In this document: positions 26,737 through 38,890 of the stretch, piece after piece
How positions within the stretch are numbered: the first letter of the stretch is position 1
How the letters are laid out: every line of letters begins with the position of its first letter
Source: Macrostomum lignano
Lineage: Eukaryota
Direction: 5' to 3'
Length of the DNA stretch: 64,000 bases
NCBI GenBank assembly: GCA_002269645.1
Contig: NIVC01002216.1
Span: 127,655-191,654 of the forward strand
Made by a program: the position numbers and the translations under genes
The notes under the pieces: generated by a model
What the model was told of the DNA's origin: nothing
Databases searched by the model: none
What the model saw: only the letters and a program-made list of their open reading frames with translations

Positions 26737-28037
26737 CTGTTGTGAAAGGATGTCACTCACCTGGTTATGTACGATCATTTACCTGTTGTGAAAGGATGTC
26801 ACTCACCTGGTTATGTACGATCATTTACCTGTTGTGAAAGGATGTCACTCACCTGGTTATGTACGATCATTTACCTGTTGTGAAAGGATGTCATTCACCT
26901 GGTTATGTACGATCATTTACCTGTTGTGAAAGGATGTCACTCACCTGGTTTCTACGATCATTTACCTGTTGTGAAAGGATGTCACTCAACTGGTTATGTA
27001 CGATAATTTACCTGTTGTGAAAGGATGTCATTCACCTGGTTATGTACGATCATTTACCTGTTGTGAAAGGATGTCATTCATCTGGTTATGTACGATCATT
27101 TACCTGTTGTGAAAGGATGTCATTCACCTGGTTATGTACGATCATTTACCTGTTGTGAAAGGATGTCACTCAACTGGTTATGTACGATAATTTACCTGTT
27201 GTGAAAGGATGTCACTCAACTGGTTGTTTACGATCATTTACCTGTTGTGAAAGGTTGTCACTCAACTGGTTGTTTACGATCATTTACCTGTTGTGAAAGG
27301 ATGTCACTCAACTGGTTATGTACGATAATTTACCTGTTGTGAAAGGATGTCATTCACCTGGTTATGTACGATAATTTACCTGTTGTGAAAGGATGTCACT
27401 CAACTGGTTGTTTACGATCATTTACCTGTTGTGAAAGGTTGTCACTCAACTGGTTGTTTACGATCATTTACCTGTTGTGAAAGGATGTCACTCAACTGGT
27501 TATGTACGATAATTTACCTGTTGTGAAAGGATGTCATTCACCTGGTTATGTACGATAATTTACCTGTTGTGAAAGGATGTCATTCATCTGGTTATGTACG
27601 ATCATTTACCTGTTGTGAAAGGTTGTCACTCAACTGGTTGTTTACGATCATTTACCTGTTGTGAAAGGATGTCATTCACCTGGTTATGTACGATCATTTA
27701 CCTGTTGTGAAAGGATGTCACTCACCTGGTTATGTACGATAATTTACCTGTTGTGAAAGGATGTCATTCACCTGGTTATGTACGATCATTTACCTGTTGT
27801 GAAAGGATGTCACTCAACTGGTTATGTACGATCATTTACCTGTTGTGAAAGGATGTCACTCAACTGGTTATGTACGATCATTTACCTGTTGTGAAAGGAT
27901 GTCACTCAACTGGTTATGTACGATCATTTACCTGTTGTGAAAGGATGTCACTCAACTGGTTGTTTACGATCATTTACCTGTTGTGAAAGGATGTCACTCA
28001 ACTGGTTGTTTACGATCATTTACCTGTTGTGAAAGGA
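26737..28037. repeat. 46-bp satellite (ACCTGTTGTGAAAGGATGTCACTCACCTGGTTATGTACGATCATTT), ~28 copies
   Basis: Directly visible; no unique spacers. Confidence 0.98.
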
Positions 28038-29317
28038 AGCCGCTCACGTGTTCAAGTCTGTGCCGATCCAGATAGTGGGTGCATATCCAGATAGGGGGTT
28101 ATCAGATGGGTGCATATTTCAAGCCCGATAATCCGTCATGACAGATCAAGGCCAGCAACACAGGCATAAAAAAGTGCCAAACAATTATTGCGGTGCGACC
28201 CTCGTTGCCACCCCATCCTAAAGAGGGCAACGCGAGAACGCCGCTCTGAAATTATTTGTACGAAGCGGACAGGTCGCAATCAGTCAACAGCCGGATGGAA
28301 CGTCGACCTGCCTGCACGCCACGGTGAAAACGAATCACCGTGGCTTCGTGAAAACGTTAGACTTTTGTGCAAAAATCTCTAGTTGGAAGTTAGCTAATTA
28401 TTGTACAGGTTAACACTATGCTGCTGCTAACTGAATATATGTAAAAACAATTTACAGTGTCTTCGAAACTTTGCGTTGTAGTGCGACTTGAATAATTTCA
28501 TAGTATGCTCATATTTTCGTTAGACGTCGAATACCGTTTGGGCTCTCTCTATTATACCCATTATCCCACTGCACTGCTACCTGTATTTATCTTTCCACGA
28601 GCGTACATAGAGTCTTTCGTTGCCGCTGACTTTTACCAGTTTGATATATTCATCGGCTAGTCCACTCCCCAAGCTAACGGGACCACAGTACTAAGAGTAA
28701 AATGTAGTTTTGTGGAAAGCTTGCTTGCGAGCTGATTCGATCCTTGCCTAAAGAAGCAATGGAATGTGAGGTATCGAAGAATTTGTGATAGAACTGGATT
28801 TGGTCCCGGCTCGCACACAGTTGTAAAGGCACTAAATAGTTTAGAACCATGCAGCCGCTGCTTTCTTCGTCTCTCTTTTCTGCTTCTAGGAGGATCATCG
28901 AGTGTGCAGGCTTTGAAATGAGGTAGCGCTAAATTTGGAAGGCCTCACTGGAAATCTCAATTGGCACTCCTTAAATTTTCTCGAATCGGCAGTAACTACA
29001 GCACAGCCCAGTGTGGCTGACACAGCTAAACGTATGTAGTAGCGACCCTGGTTTGCTAACGAACTGAAATGATTTAGCAGTTCTGCCTGTGCTGCCTCGG
29101 GGAGGGGGCGATGCTGAACAGCGTGCAGCTAGCATGGTGGCCAGAACAAATTGGTAGAAACAAATGCAAGCTGCAGTATGTACCCCATGCTCTACTTCCT
29201 GTTTGCTGCAGACCATGGGAGAATTCCGTACCTGCTCTCGCTACCCCGTGTCTTTATGTGCTTTTTCAAAGGCAATTAAAGCCCATCTATTCATGACATG
29301 GGGGGTCAACTTCGGTA

Positions 29318-30060
29318 TTGAATCAGCAGCCACCAATTCACGCCCTGCTCTACAACGCCGAGACGTGGACGCTGCCGGCTACGCTAGAGTGGCAGCTGGA
29401 CTCGGCGCAATCAGGGCTGCTCCGTGCGGCCTTTCGAGCTGACGAGAGCGTCGGAACCGAGGTCCTGTACGATCGAGCCAAGCTGCAGCGCCCGTCCATC
29501 ATCCTGCTCCGGCGGCGACTTCAACTGGCGGACAGAGGGCTACTGCCCCCAACCAGTTCAGGACGTCCCTGCTGGTCACCTTGCAGGGCCCGTTCAGGCG
29601 GGGTCAGGCCCGAACCCGTCCATACGTAGACTGCCAACAGCAGGCATTCACAAACCAGATGCGTTCATAATGGTGCATGAAGACGTACGACAAGATTTCA
29701 GGACAGTTAAGATTGAGACGGTGATCGAGACCGTCCTGTTGTACAAAGCCGAGACCTGGACGCTGACGGACTCGCTCGAACAGCAGGTCGATGCATGCGC
29801 GCCACCCTGCAAGATCGGCTACGAGCATGTCATCAATGCGGCATTTTATGCTGCATCGGCCTATCGGCCTATCGAATTGTTGCGCCGTCGGCGACTCCAG
29901 CTGGCAGTCCACATCATCCGCGCCGAGTCCTACTGCCCGCAGCCGGTGCAGGAAGTGCTGACGCTTGCAGGCACCCTACCGACGGGGAGAAGCACTCACT
30001 CGGCGTGTTTCGTCGACTGCCTGCTGGCTGACGGACACTGCCGGCGTTGCAGCCTACGTT
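29318..30060 (+). mobile_element. Two adjacent degenerate RTE-type LINE 3' fragments
   Basis: ALLYNAETWTLPATLEWQLDSAQSGLLRAAF...LRRRLQLA..GYCPQPVQDV is followed by ETVLLYKAETWTLTDSLEQQVDA...LRRRRLQLAVHIIRAESYCPQPVQEV, with frameshifts. Confidence 0.75.
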
Positions 30061-32179
30061 CGTGGGCCCTGTTGATGCTGCCTTTTGCCGCTCATGACTC
30101 GCGTGACTGGCTGACAGCATATTTTGTTGTTTTTTGTACCAATTAAGTACGTACGCGCTATTTTATCTATGTGACTAGCTTATACCGAGTTCCTGAGATA
30201 GATTGTTGTGTGGTCTTTGTTACATATTATAAGGGTGTTTCGATGATTTCTACTGATGCCTGAACTAATGCGCTGTATTAATCAGGAAAGGTGCCCTATT
30301 TTCTGCGTTGAAACTAGCTCGTACGTAGGCTCTCCTGGGTGTGGTAAGGGCAAAGGCGCGACGCGTCCCCTGGGATGGATACCCCAGGTAGCCAATTCGC
30401 TCAGTAAGCGTCCAAATTTAATCTTCTGATAAGGCAAATTTGGTCTTAACAAATTTTTCGTCTCCACGACAATGGTTCAGTTTTCTCTCCGCCCCCATAT
30501 GGCTAGCTGCACGGAACTGAAACAGTTGGACTCAGGGATCGGATAGGGACGACTTAAATAGAATATTGTTATTCTTCTATTTGCGAACAGAAGGTGTAGG
30601 CTGGAACTGCACGACAGGCTGAGAGAGAAATGACAATGAGAATGAGAGCGAGAGCTAAATACGGTAGGCGGGGTTGGCCTAAAATCCCCAGCGCTGAGCG
30701 CCTTGACACGCATTGGCGCAGTTGTCTTGGAGCCGCCGAACAGAAATTGGCAATGGCCTGCCAGACTGAGCGAGTCCAATTGACTGACACTCCGAGGCAG
30801 GTCCTGCTGACAACCGCTGCCAGCCCCGCCAATGCAAGCCTTCATGCAGCCAGCCAGCCATGAGTTTAGCTCCAAAGCTGCCTCCACCACATGTCAAGTG
30901 TCTATCATTCTTCATTCTGAGCGCTGTTTTCCAGCCCGGCCCCGCTTGCGGATACAGACGGTCAGACTATTGCCAGCTAAAATCATTTCTTTTCCCCAGA
31001 AAAGCACTGTCGGCTTAGCACTACTAATACTACTCGACAAAATGAAGGCATTAGTGTTACTCCCGGCCTCCTCGCCACTTGACCATGCGAATATCGCTAA
31101 ATAATGTGCTAAAAGAGTAAGAACTGGAGATTGAGCAGGGAAAGTTTGAATGGATACGAAACTCCTCAAGAGAGAGGGAGACGAGAGCAGCTGATGTCTA
31201 GCTCGTACTTCTCTTCTGGGAGAGCAGGATTTGAGGAGTAATTTTAGCCGGGCTTCATGTTCATCATTCCGAGTAAACTTCGTTAACTCAGTCGGCGTCG
31301 GAGCTATGCGCGGCTCCCTCTCTTATATTCCTATCTTTTCTTCATCCACTTCACTAACCTCTCCTTCTCCCTTCGCACTCTCTCAGCCGCTGACCTCGTC
31401 CTGCAGGCGCTTCAGCGCACCCGATCGTGTCCCAAGCGTCTGAGGCGCGCTGGTAGAAACCCATCCCGAGGCGTGGGCATCAGGTTAAGCAAACGGTTCC
31501 AGGGTTGACACTGGGAGCTGTCGTTTTCCTTTCTGCCTCATCGCGTGCAAAGTTTGGTCCAACAGAGACAGAAAGTGAATGGCCAATGTCTCAAATTTTC
31601 AGTGAAGAGCTAGCGACTATCAAATAGCATTATGGACTCGTAGATTTCCCAACAAAGTACTAATGATACGAGGATATGACGGAACTCATAATCTACATGG
31701 ATGTGATCCAACTGCGCAAATTAAATCTTAAGCGCCGGCTGCATATATTTTATAATTCCAGCGATGGGCGACCCCGGATGCAGCACCATCCATTTTACGC
31801 TCGTATTAGTTGATTAAAGCTAAAAGAGGGAACGTGTTGTATTCTTTGCAGGGTTGAAGTAATGAAATTTGATGAGGCAGATTAAACGTGCAGCATTAAC
31901 AGAAGGAATCGAAAACAGATGCGGTGAAAACAAAGTTTTTAACAGAACTTGAGCTGCATCGCACCAGCAAATTTGTCTCCAAACCAGAACTTTCGGGTTT
32001 AGCAAAAAATTTGAAGCAGATCGCTGTACTCGTACAGCATTGAGTAATTTCTAGATTTTTGACACACACCCTTTCATAGAAATAGTCAAGGAAAATGTCG
32101 AAACTCAATGCAAGAATACTCATAAGTTGGCAAACAAAATCAGAATGAGTTACAGTCTCTAGCTGCGACGGGACTGGGG

Positions 32180-34096
32180 CTAGACGCTGGACACCATTCC
32201 AAGCTGCACCGAGTTCGAGGTGTCTCCCGAACGGCTTCGCCCAACCAGAGGGCTTTCGCTCAACTCTGGATAATCGACTGCCACCACTGATGTTGCAGTC
32301 CACTTGTTTTCTTCGGCTGCGGTCGTCAACGCCTGTCCGTTTTGCCGCCTCTGGCATTTTTTTCTGATTGTCTTCAAGCCGAGAAAGTCGAGCAATAAGT
32401 CGCAAAACTCGAACACAGTAATGAGAGAGGCGCCGACCCAGAGACCGACACAGCCGCCAACATCGGTGAGAAATCGACTCAGGGGGTATTCCTCGTCTTC
32501 AAGCATCTCGTCAGCGAACAGCGATGACGGCACGATTCGAAGGTACATGAAGTTTCTCTCTATAAAATCGATGTTGAGCAGCTCTACAAGGCGCCTACTA
32601 TAGGCACTGCTAATGTTAATGTTTTTCGTAGTTTCGTTTAGTTTAAGCGCTTTGAACGCCAGATCTGTACTGTTGTACTTTTTTAATTCAGTTTCCTCCA
32701 TTCTGGCCAGGAGTTTCAGCCAGCCAAAGTGGGTTTTACGTTCGACAACGGCGGGAAAGTTAGCTTGGCTGATGACTGTTGAGTACACTGTGTGCTCGCA
32801 CATATCTTTGTAGCAGGTGCGCAGCGGGTCGGCACGGAGAACTTCCTCGTCTTTTTTCGCTGGACAGTGTCTTTCAGTAAAGTTTTTGTAAAACCATTCA
32901 AAGTCGGAGCAGAAAGGGTAGTTGACATCGTCGTTCTTTAGAGGATACTCATGATTGATGCAATTGCAGTGCCGCTTGAAGGCATTTTGGGTAATATTTT
33001 CCACGCAATCCGTCCGAGTTTCTTTGTAGTACCGGCGTTCGAGTGTCTCAATGTCAACATAGTCATAGAGATCGCGTTGCGACTCACAGAGCTGCAGCTT
33101 CCTCAGGTGCTGCTTCCTGGTCATGTGCAAATCGACCTGAGCGTACTTGTCCAGCAGGAAGCTTTCACTAATCTGAGGATAGGTTCCCTGCTCATGCAAC
33201 ATAAGCAGCACACCGGAAGGCATCTTGATGGTGCCGTGGGTGTCCAAGTGCTGGAACTCACTGGGATAGTCGACACTCTTATAGAGCAGTAGAAAGAGGT
33301 CCGGTCTAAAGCCGCTAGTGAAAGCCTTCACATTCGACCTGCTGATAGCGTCGCGCCCAAGTTGGGTGATATTTAGCTGGTAGCAGGCTCCGTACGGCCA
33401 ACGCCTGTGCGTGATCCAAGCCGATGAGCATGCATTTTTGTCCATGCCCATGTAGCGGCAGTCTTGCACAAAGATCTCATGCGGAATGCTATACAGGCTG
33501 ATGTCTCTGCGCATGTACAAAAAATCTGATACAAAGACGTTCCTCGAAAAGCCTTTGAAAAGATGTTTCTTCCAGTTAGTGATATTTTCAAATATCCTTC
33601 TGTATTTTGCATGAGTGGCGTGAAACTCGTGAATAGCATTCACGAGATTTTCAAACTGTCGAGTTTCTCTTGGAGGAAAGTGAATTGGATTGATGTTACA
33701 CACCGTAATATCTGGAAACTTGAATGATAAGTGATCGTGCTTTACATTCGTGAGTACCGGAGTCTGCAGGTACTTGATCGCAATTTGGTAGAGGTTGGTA
33801 AGAAATCCACAACTTGCCGCGCCCAGAATAAGGATCCAGAACACGCGACGTCGAGTGCTGCGAGCCTGGGCAATGTGGTTCAGACCGTGGATTGTTGATT
33901 TCTTAGAAAAGGATAGCACCACCGAGACTATCTGGCCGCCAGGACGCATCTGCGGAGGCCGATCTTCTGTTGACGAGGACACGTTGGGGTCCTGTCGATA
34001 GGGGCGCCTATGATCTCCTGATGAGGCGATGTCCTCGCGTCCTCTTCGACCGCGGCCATCGCCGCTATTGCTAACGTGGCAGCGACGGCTGTGCAT
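32180..34096 (-). CDS. Intronless DEG/ENaC (amiloride-sensitive sodium channel) family subunit, 638 aa
   Basis: Pre-TM1 STIHG motif, TM1 (VFWILILGAASCGFL), FPDITVCNINP signature, Cys-rich ectodomain, TM2 TDVGGCVGLWVGASLITVFEF with GAS selectivity filter. Confidence 0.93.
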   Translation of the reverse strand: MHSRRCHVSNSGDGRGRRGREDIASSGDHRRPYRQDPNVSSSTEDRPPQMRPGGQIVSVVLSFSKKSTIHGLNHIAQARSTRRRVFWILILGAASCGFLTNLYQIAIKYLQTPVLTNVKHDHLSFKFPDITVCNINPIHFPPRETRQFENLVNAIHEFHATHAKYRRIFENITNWKKHLFKGFSRNVFVSDFLYMRRDISLYSIPHEIFVQDCRYMGMDKNACSSAWITHRRWPYGACYQLNITQLGRDAISRSNVKAFTSGFRPDLFLLLYKSVDYPSEFQHLDTHGTIKMPSGVLLMLHEQGTYPQISESFLLDKYAQVDLHMTRKQHLRKLQLCESQRDLYDYVDIETLERRYYKETRTDCVENITQNAFKRHCNCINHEYPLKNDDVNYPFCSDFEWFYKNFTERHCPAKKDEEVLRADPLRTCYKDMCEHTVYSTVISQANFPAVVERKTHFGWLKLLARMEETELKKYNSTDLAFKALKLNETTKNINISSAYSRRLVELLNIDFIERNFMYLRIVPSSLFADEMLEDEEYPLSRFLTDVGGCVGLWVGASLITVFEFCDLLLDFLGLKTIRKKCQRRQNGQALTTAAEENKWTATSVVAVDYPELSESPLVGRSRSGDTSNSVQLGMVSSV

Positions 34097-36170
34097 GCCA
34101 CCTGAGTAGGAGCTGCTGCTTGCCTCTCGAATTCAACACGCAGTATTGAGGAAAGTGGCGTTGAGACCTTAAAGCAGAAAAACAATATCGTCTTTAGAAG
34201 AGTTCGTGAAATTTAAAAATTTTCGAAACCTCGAATGCTAATATCAGTCGAGATGTGCTGTCTTCAAGTAAAAGCTTCCTGGTACATTTCACATCTACAC
34301 TCCTCCCAGCTATACTGCCTTTCTCTGCTCATTGTCATTTGGGCAGCTATTGGCCACTCAGTAGGGCAGCCAATACGGCCCCTCGGGGCGAACCGCCCTG
34401 GAAGGAAGTGAAAAGAGAAGCAGAAAAAAGAAATGGAAAAATAAGAAAGGAAATGCAAGATAGGAACATCTGCTACAGTTCAGTTAGTCAAGCTGATCGA
34501 ATGCAGAAGAGAGCGGGATGGTGCGGGACGCCGGCCTACTTGTCTTCGGAGGAGGCACTTGGAAGATTTCCCCTTCTCGATGGCCTGAGGGGTTGCGAAG
34601 AGCTTGGCTTGCAGGAGTGGACATCCGAAATTCTACTCTTTTCGTTCAATATTTCTTCCTTTATTCTAGAGCATCCTGTCTTCAAATGAATTTTGATGCC
34701 CGAAATGAATGCTGTCAAAAATAAGGAATCACCAAAGCAATATTTAATGCTCATTGATTCGAACATAAAAATCTTAAGACGAATAGTGCCGAGTCGGAAA
34801 TTCTTTATGCCCGATTAGCTGTTTCAAATTTATAATTTTACTAGCTGGTATTCACCAGATATGGGCAGCTCAAAGGTCTACGCAGCATTCAGCAAGTTGA
34901 CTGCTCCTAATAATGTCCCGCGCTTCCAGCTAACGATTATAGACTCGCTTGCCGCCCATTTCGCGTAGATCGCGACTGGAATTAGTCACATTTCTCGTTT
35001 CTATCCCTGACCGTCATGTCAGCTCACAATAAGAGACTCAGTGCATTTGAAGAGATGCTCAGATTTCTTTTTCTCCCATCCCTTCCCCTCTCGCGTCTCT
35101 GGCCGCGGTCCTCACGACTGAAGTCCCGAACCGAGGCCCTCCCGCGTGATTAATGGAGGTCCTTGGCCCTCGGGTATCGACGGTTTCGCGAACTAGAAGG
35201 CGGGGGACCTCTTCGACTTCCTCTCTTCCTCCTGCCCCGAGGTAAAAAATCGTTTTTTTCTTCGTTTTGAATGGAAGACGAGAAGGGCGCGGGGAGACGC
35301 TGGTTTTGAATAGTTCTCTCCGATGTAGAAGGCGGACGGCTGGTTGGCAACTCACAGCCGCTTGCCCGTTGTTTGAACTGGAATGAAGAGAAAAATGTCG
35401 CTTCGAGGCGTTGAGAACGGCTGGCCCTTAAAGCAACGATGACCGTAAGGATGCAAGATGAGACACTGCCAACTAAAAATAACTTAATCGGTTTTCTGTA
35501 AATTTCATTTCCGATTTTCGTTTCCTACGGCTTAATTCGGGCGGAATTTTCGTGCCGCTCTTAAAATTCTCTATTATTATTTTAAAAGCCTGTCAGCTGC
35601 AGGACTGCTCAGGGCATCTGAAGAGCGGCTGCTTGCTGCAGTTTAAGAGAGAAAAAATACGATGCAATGCAAAGAAGAATACAGTTCTGGGCGCAGCATC
35701 CTCTGAACTGCATCTCTGCTCTACTCCTCTTATGACTCGGAGTCAGACTTCCATAAGGCTCCAGCTTGCTTGACGATTACAATCTGCCGCCGCAGCACCC
35801 CAAATGCTGCGTCTGTTGCTTGCAGAGTTGAAAGCGGCCTTCCTCGGCATTAATGAGGGGATTTTAGCCGGGCGACAGGGCTGGGGAGCCACACTCCCCA
35901 GCTAATAGCTAATAGCTGAGCCCTGAGGCCTTCCCATCGGCTTGTCGTTGTTCCTCAAACTTGGGCTGCTCTTTTTTGCTATTTGCAACACTGCCGCCAA
36001 ATGCTTGCACACGTAGAAGAGCATAACAGGAAACGACACTACACCGCTGGAATATCTTTCGCTACTGTGTTGTTTCTGGCGGATCCAGGGGAAAAATCCT
36101 GGATTCGCCAATAGTCAGCAACCGATGCTAACTACTGAATCTTGCATACTGCTGTCACTAATTGCACCTC

Positions 36171-36529
36171 TTTTTTTATTAGAGGCAGGGGGTTGTGTGC
36201 ACCCTGGCGCACTTTAAGCGACATGGCACACAACCGGCGAGAGGCATTACTGCCCATTCCGCCGACTCCCCTGAGCAGGCACACAAGCGCGCGGATACGT
36301 ACGCAGGCACACACTCACACAGGAGTGTACAGCGGCCCTAACTTTATTTTATCGTTAGGCATGTACACTTCACTGCGTCTTGGGGGGTTGGCTCTCAAGG
36401 CCGTTAATTGCACGAGCAGAGCCAAGCCGAGATTCCAATTCAGCCCCAAATTAATGTGACTGCACTTGGAATCGAGCCTGGGTCGCTGGCACACCAGAGC
36501 CTGCGCTAGACCGCTGGGCTACGGCCCCC
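36171..36529 (-). mobile_element. Full-length tRNA-derived SINE with A-rich tail and ~15-bp target-site duplication
   Basis: Head GGGGCCGTAGCCCAGCGGT (A box)...GGCTCGATTCC (B box) and tail CCCCCTGCCTCTAATAAAAAAA. Flanks 36156-36170 and 36530-36544 match at 13 of 15 positions. Confidence 0.8.
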
Positions 36530-37122
36530 CTCTACTTGCACCTCAGCTAAATTGTGTGACCTGCCATTTAGAGACAGTGAGCTAGGGATGGCAGGGATGG
36601 CAGTGATGCGGAATGAAAATTGCAGATTTTAATTAGTTACTGATGGTTAAATAATTTCAGTATACGTAATTTTTTAGAAGTACAGGCTGACTATGCGCAA
36701 TATTCTATCGGATCCGTCTTTCCAATGGTAATAAGGGTCAAACCACCGATATGCTCAATGCCTAGGCAACATACTGCCACAGAGATTTCCCATTGCGGTT
36801 TTGTTTGCGCTGCCTCACTTGGACTAAAATGTATTGGTAGAGAAATCGCCTGTCCAAGCTCTGGCACTTATCGATTGGGGGCATCGATTTATTGTAATCG
36901 GAGAGATTTTCTCATTATACCCGCTGATTGCGGCTCGACTTCTTCGATGGCTAAGCTATCCGGTGAGTTTAGTCTGGTCGAACTGCCTGACAGAAGTCTG
37001 ACTTCGCGAGGTCAAGTTTGCCACAGACTGGGAGTAATTTTTTCTATTTAAATTAGCCAAACATTCTCTACTCGCGAAGTGGGCGCCAACCGTCTTGTAC
37101 TCCAAGAAACTATATGAAGCTC

Positions 37123-38239
37123 TGTAGCAGTTATTATATTCGCTTTCGTTGTACTTTTTCCCTTTGCTGCCTTGCCTACAAACTACAGACAACACTGTAC
37201 ACTGCGTAGGAAGCCCTGAGCATAAGACAAGAAATATACTCACCCTAGAGCACTATAACCAAAAGCTCCAAATTTGTAGCAACCAGCTGCAAAGTGGTAG
37301 CAGACCGTGTTTCGAAGCCCCGTGCTCTGGTTTGGGTGGCAGCATGCGCAATCAGCACAACACGGCTTTGCACAACAGTCTAACAACAGGCGACATCGCG
37401 ATCGCAGGCTTAATCAACAGCCGGTTCAACTAGCCAGTCAAATTCAACTCGGACTAGCCAAAACTGCTACCCTATGCTCCAGCGACTATGCGTCAGCTCA
37501 AAGTTGACAGCTGACTCCTCTGCCATGTCTCGGCGACGCTGGTACGAGCGGTCCAACGACTTGACAAGGGCTCGTCCCGGATGGATTGGCTTTCGGACAG
37601 CACCTCCTTGCACAGCTGCATCCTTCCAGCTGAGCACTCATCGTTGACGATTGCGCCACGCGACCTTTCAGTTCATTTTCCGACTTCGTCCCACCAGATG
37701 CACGTTCTTCACAATTTTCCTTTGCGGTTTCGACCCAGCAGAACTGGTTGCCACCCCGCCAACCGATCCCGGACTCGTGATTAACCCGCTCACCGCTGCC
37801 GCACGCCCAACGCCACCACCGCTGGAGCCGACTTCCTATAAGTACGCTGTCTCCTGACCTGGCTGGCACCCGGCTCTGGCACCCACTTGTCACACCACTC
37901 TCTGCACATCATCTGGCAGGCGGCCCAGCTTTGTGCAGCGTACACCGCCCTATCGAAGCCATTATGCATCACGACACGCAATTCACCTGGTGAAGAAGCG
38001 TGAAATGATGCGAGCTCACAATATTTAGCACTTTTTAATTTGCAAAATTTAGACCGACTGTTTGAACCTTTATTGTTTTTTCGACATTTTAGAAGCTTAA
38101 AGGGCAAACCACACTTGTCACTCCGTTTCTGGAGGGGGAGTATCTTGTAGCAGTTATGATATTCGTTGTCGTTGTACTTTTCCCTTTGTTGCCTTTCCTA
38201 GAAACCAGAGACAACACTGTACACTGCGTAGGAAGCCCT
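37123..38239 (+). mobile_element. Degenerate non-autonomous LTR element (TRIM-like): repeat-PBS-internal-PPT-repeat
   Basis: ~95-bp diverged direct repeats starting TGTAGCAG at 37123 and 38146. TGGTAGCAGA (tRNAi-Met-type PBS) at 37295 and GGAGGGGGAG PPT at 38131-38140. No internal coding domain recognised. Confidence 0.6.
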
Positions 38240-38890
38240 CATTGTATGTCAAACTCGTCATTGTATGTGCAACCGCTCATTGTACACCAGCAGCTCTTAT
38301 CTAACCAATGAGGTCGCTGAAGCCCCTGAATGTTACTTTTTTCAACCTGGAGTGGTGGATTTCGAGTCTCTGTATAATAATAATGCATATCTGAGCTGAA
38401 AACGTCAGTAAGTCGTCAATCGACTTGTACGCAGTGGCACGCCTGTTTGTCTCTTGCTGCTGGTCCGTCTCTAACAACTATTGCAATGGAAAAACTATCT
38501 AGCTTCTTACTAAAATTACTCGCTTCATGTACGCGCGTTCAGCACTGCACCGTTTGAATTTAGTTGCTGGGGCTGTAAAATTTTTTAGTCTAAAACTTTT
38601 AGTACCTCAAGAGAAAAATGAGAGAGAAGGGACATGGCTAGCCAACTGTAGATATGAAGTGATAGGGCAACATTTTGGCAATCGCCTTGTTACTATGGGG
38701 ACAATCTTCCAGCGCCATTGTGTCGCATTATCACTGTAGATTGCTGCATTTGTGAACAGGTAACAGAATTTTAGTCAGGCCTCAGGTCAGCTCAGATTGA
38801 ACTATGGATTCGCCCGCCTATAAGTAGTAAAGCCAAACAAAATGGCTATTCGGGAGCTTTTGAGCTGGCTAGATTTGACCTTCGTGAGAA

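Noticed and set aside
26737-28037. CRISPR-like appearance of the 46-, 49- and 41-bp arrays
   Set aside because: Units are contiguous with no unique spacers, there are no cas genes, and the context is eukaryotic.
30760-30835. Peptide TERVQL...AASPAN resembling the EF-hand exon TERVQL...AASPAN at 9.8 kb
   Set aside because: Spacing differs (12 versus 16 aa), intervening residues and nucleotides do not align, and the ORF is short; likely coincidence.
31100-31560. Acidic/basic minus-strand reading frame broken by stops
   Set aside because: No recognisable domain; cannot be assigned to a gene or transposon.
36458-36529. Functional tRNA gene
   Set aside because: Anticodon and acceptor stems do not pair properly, and the sequence continues into a body, A-tail and TSD, so it is called a SINE head.
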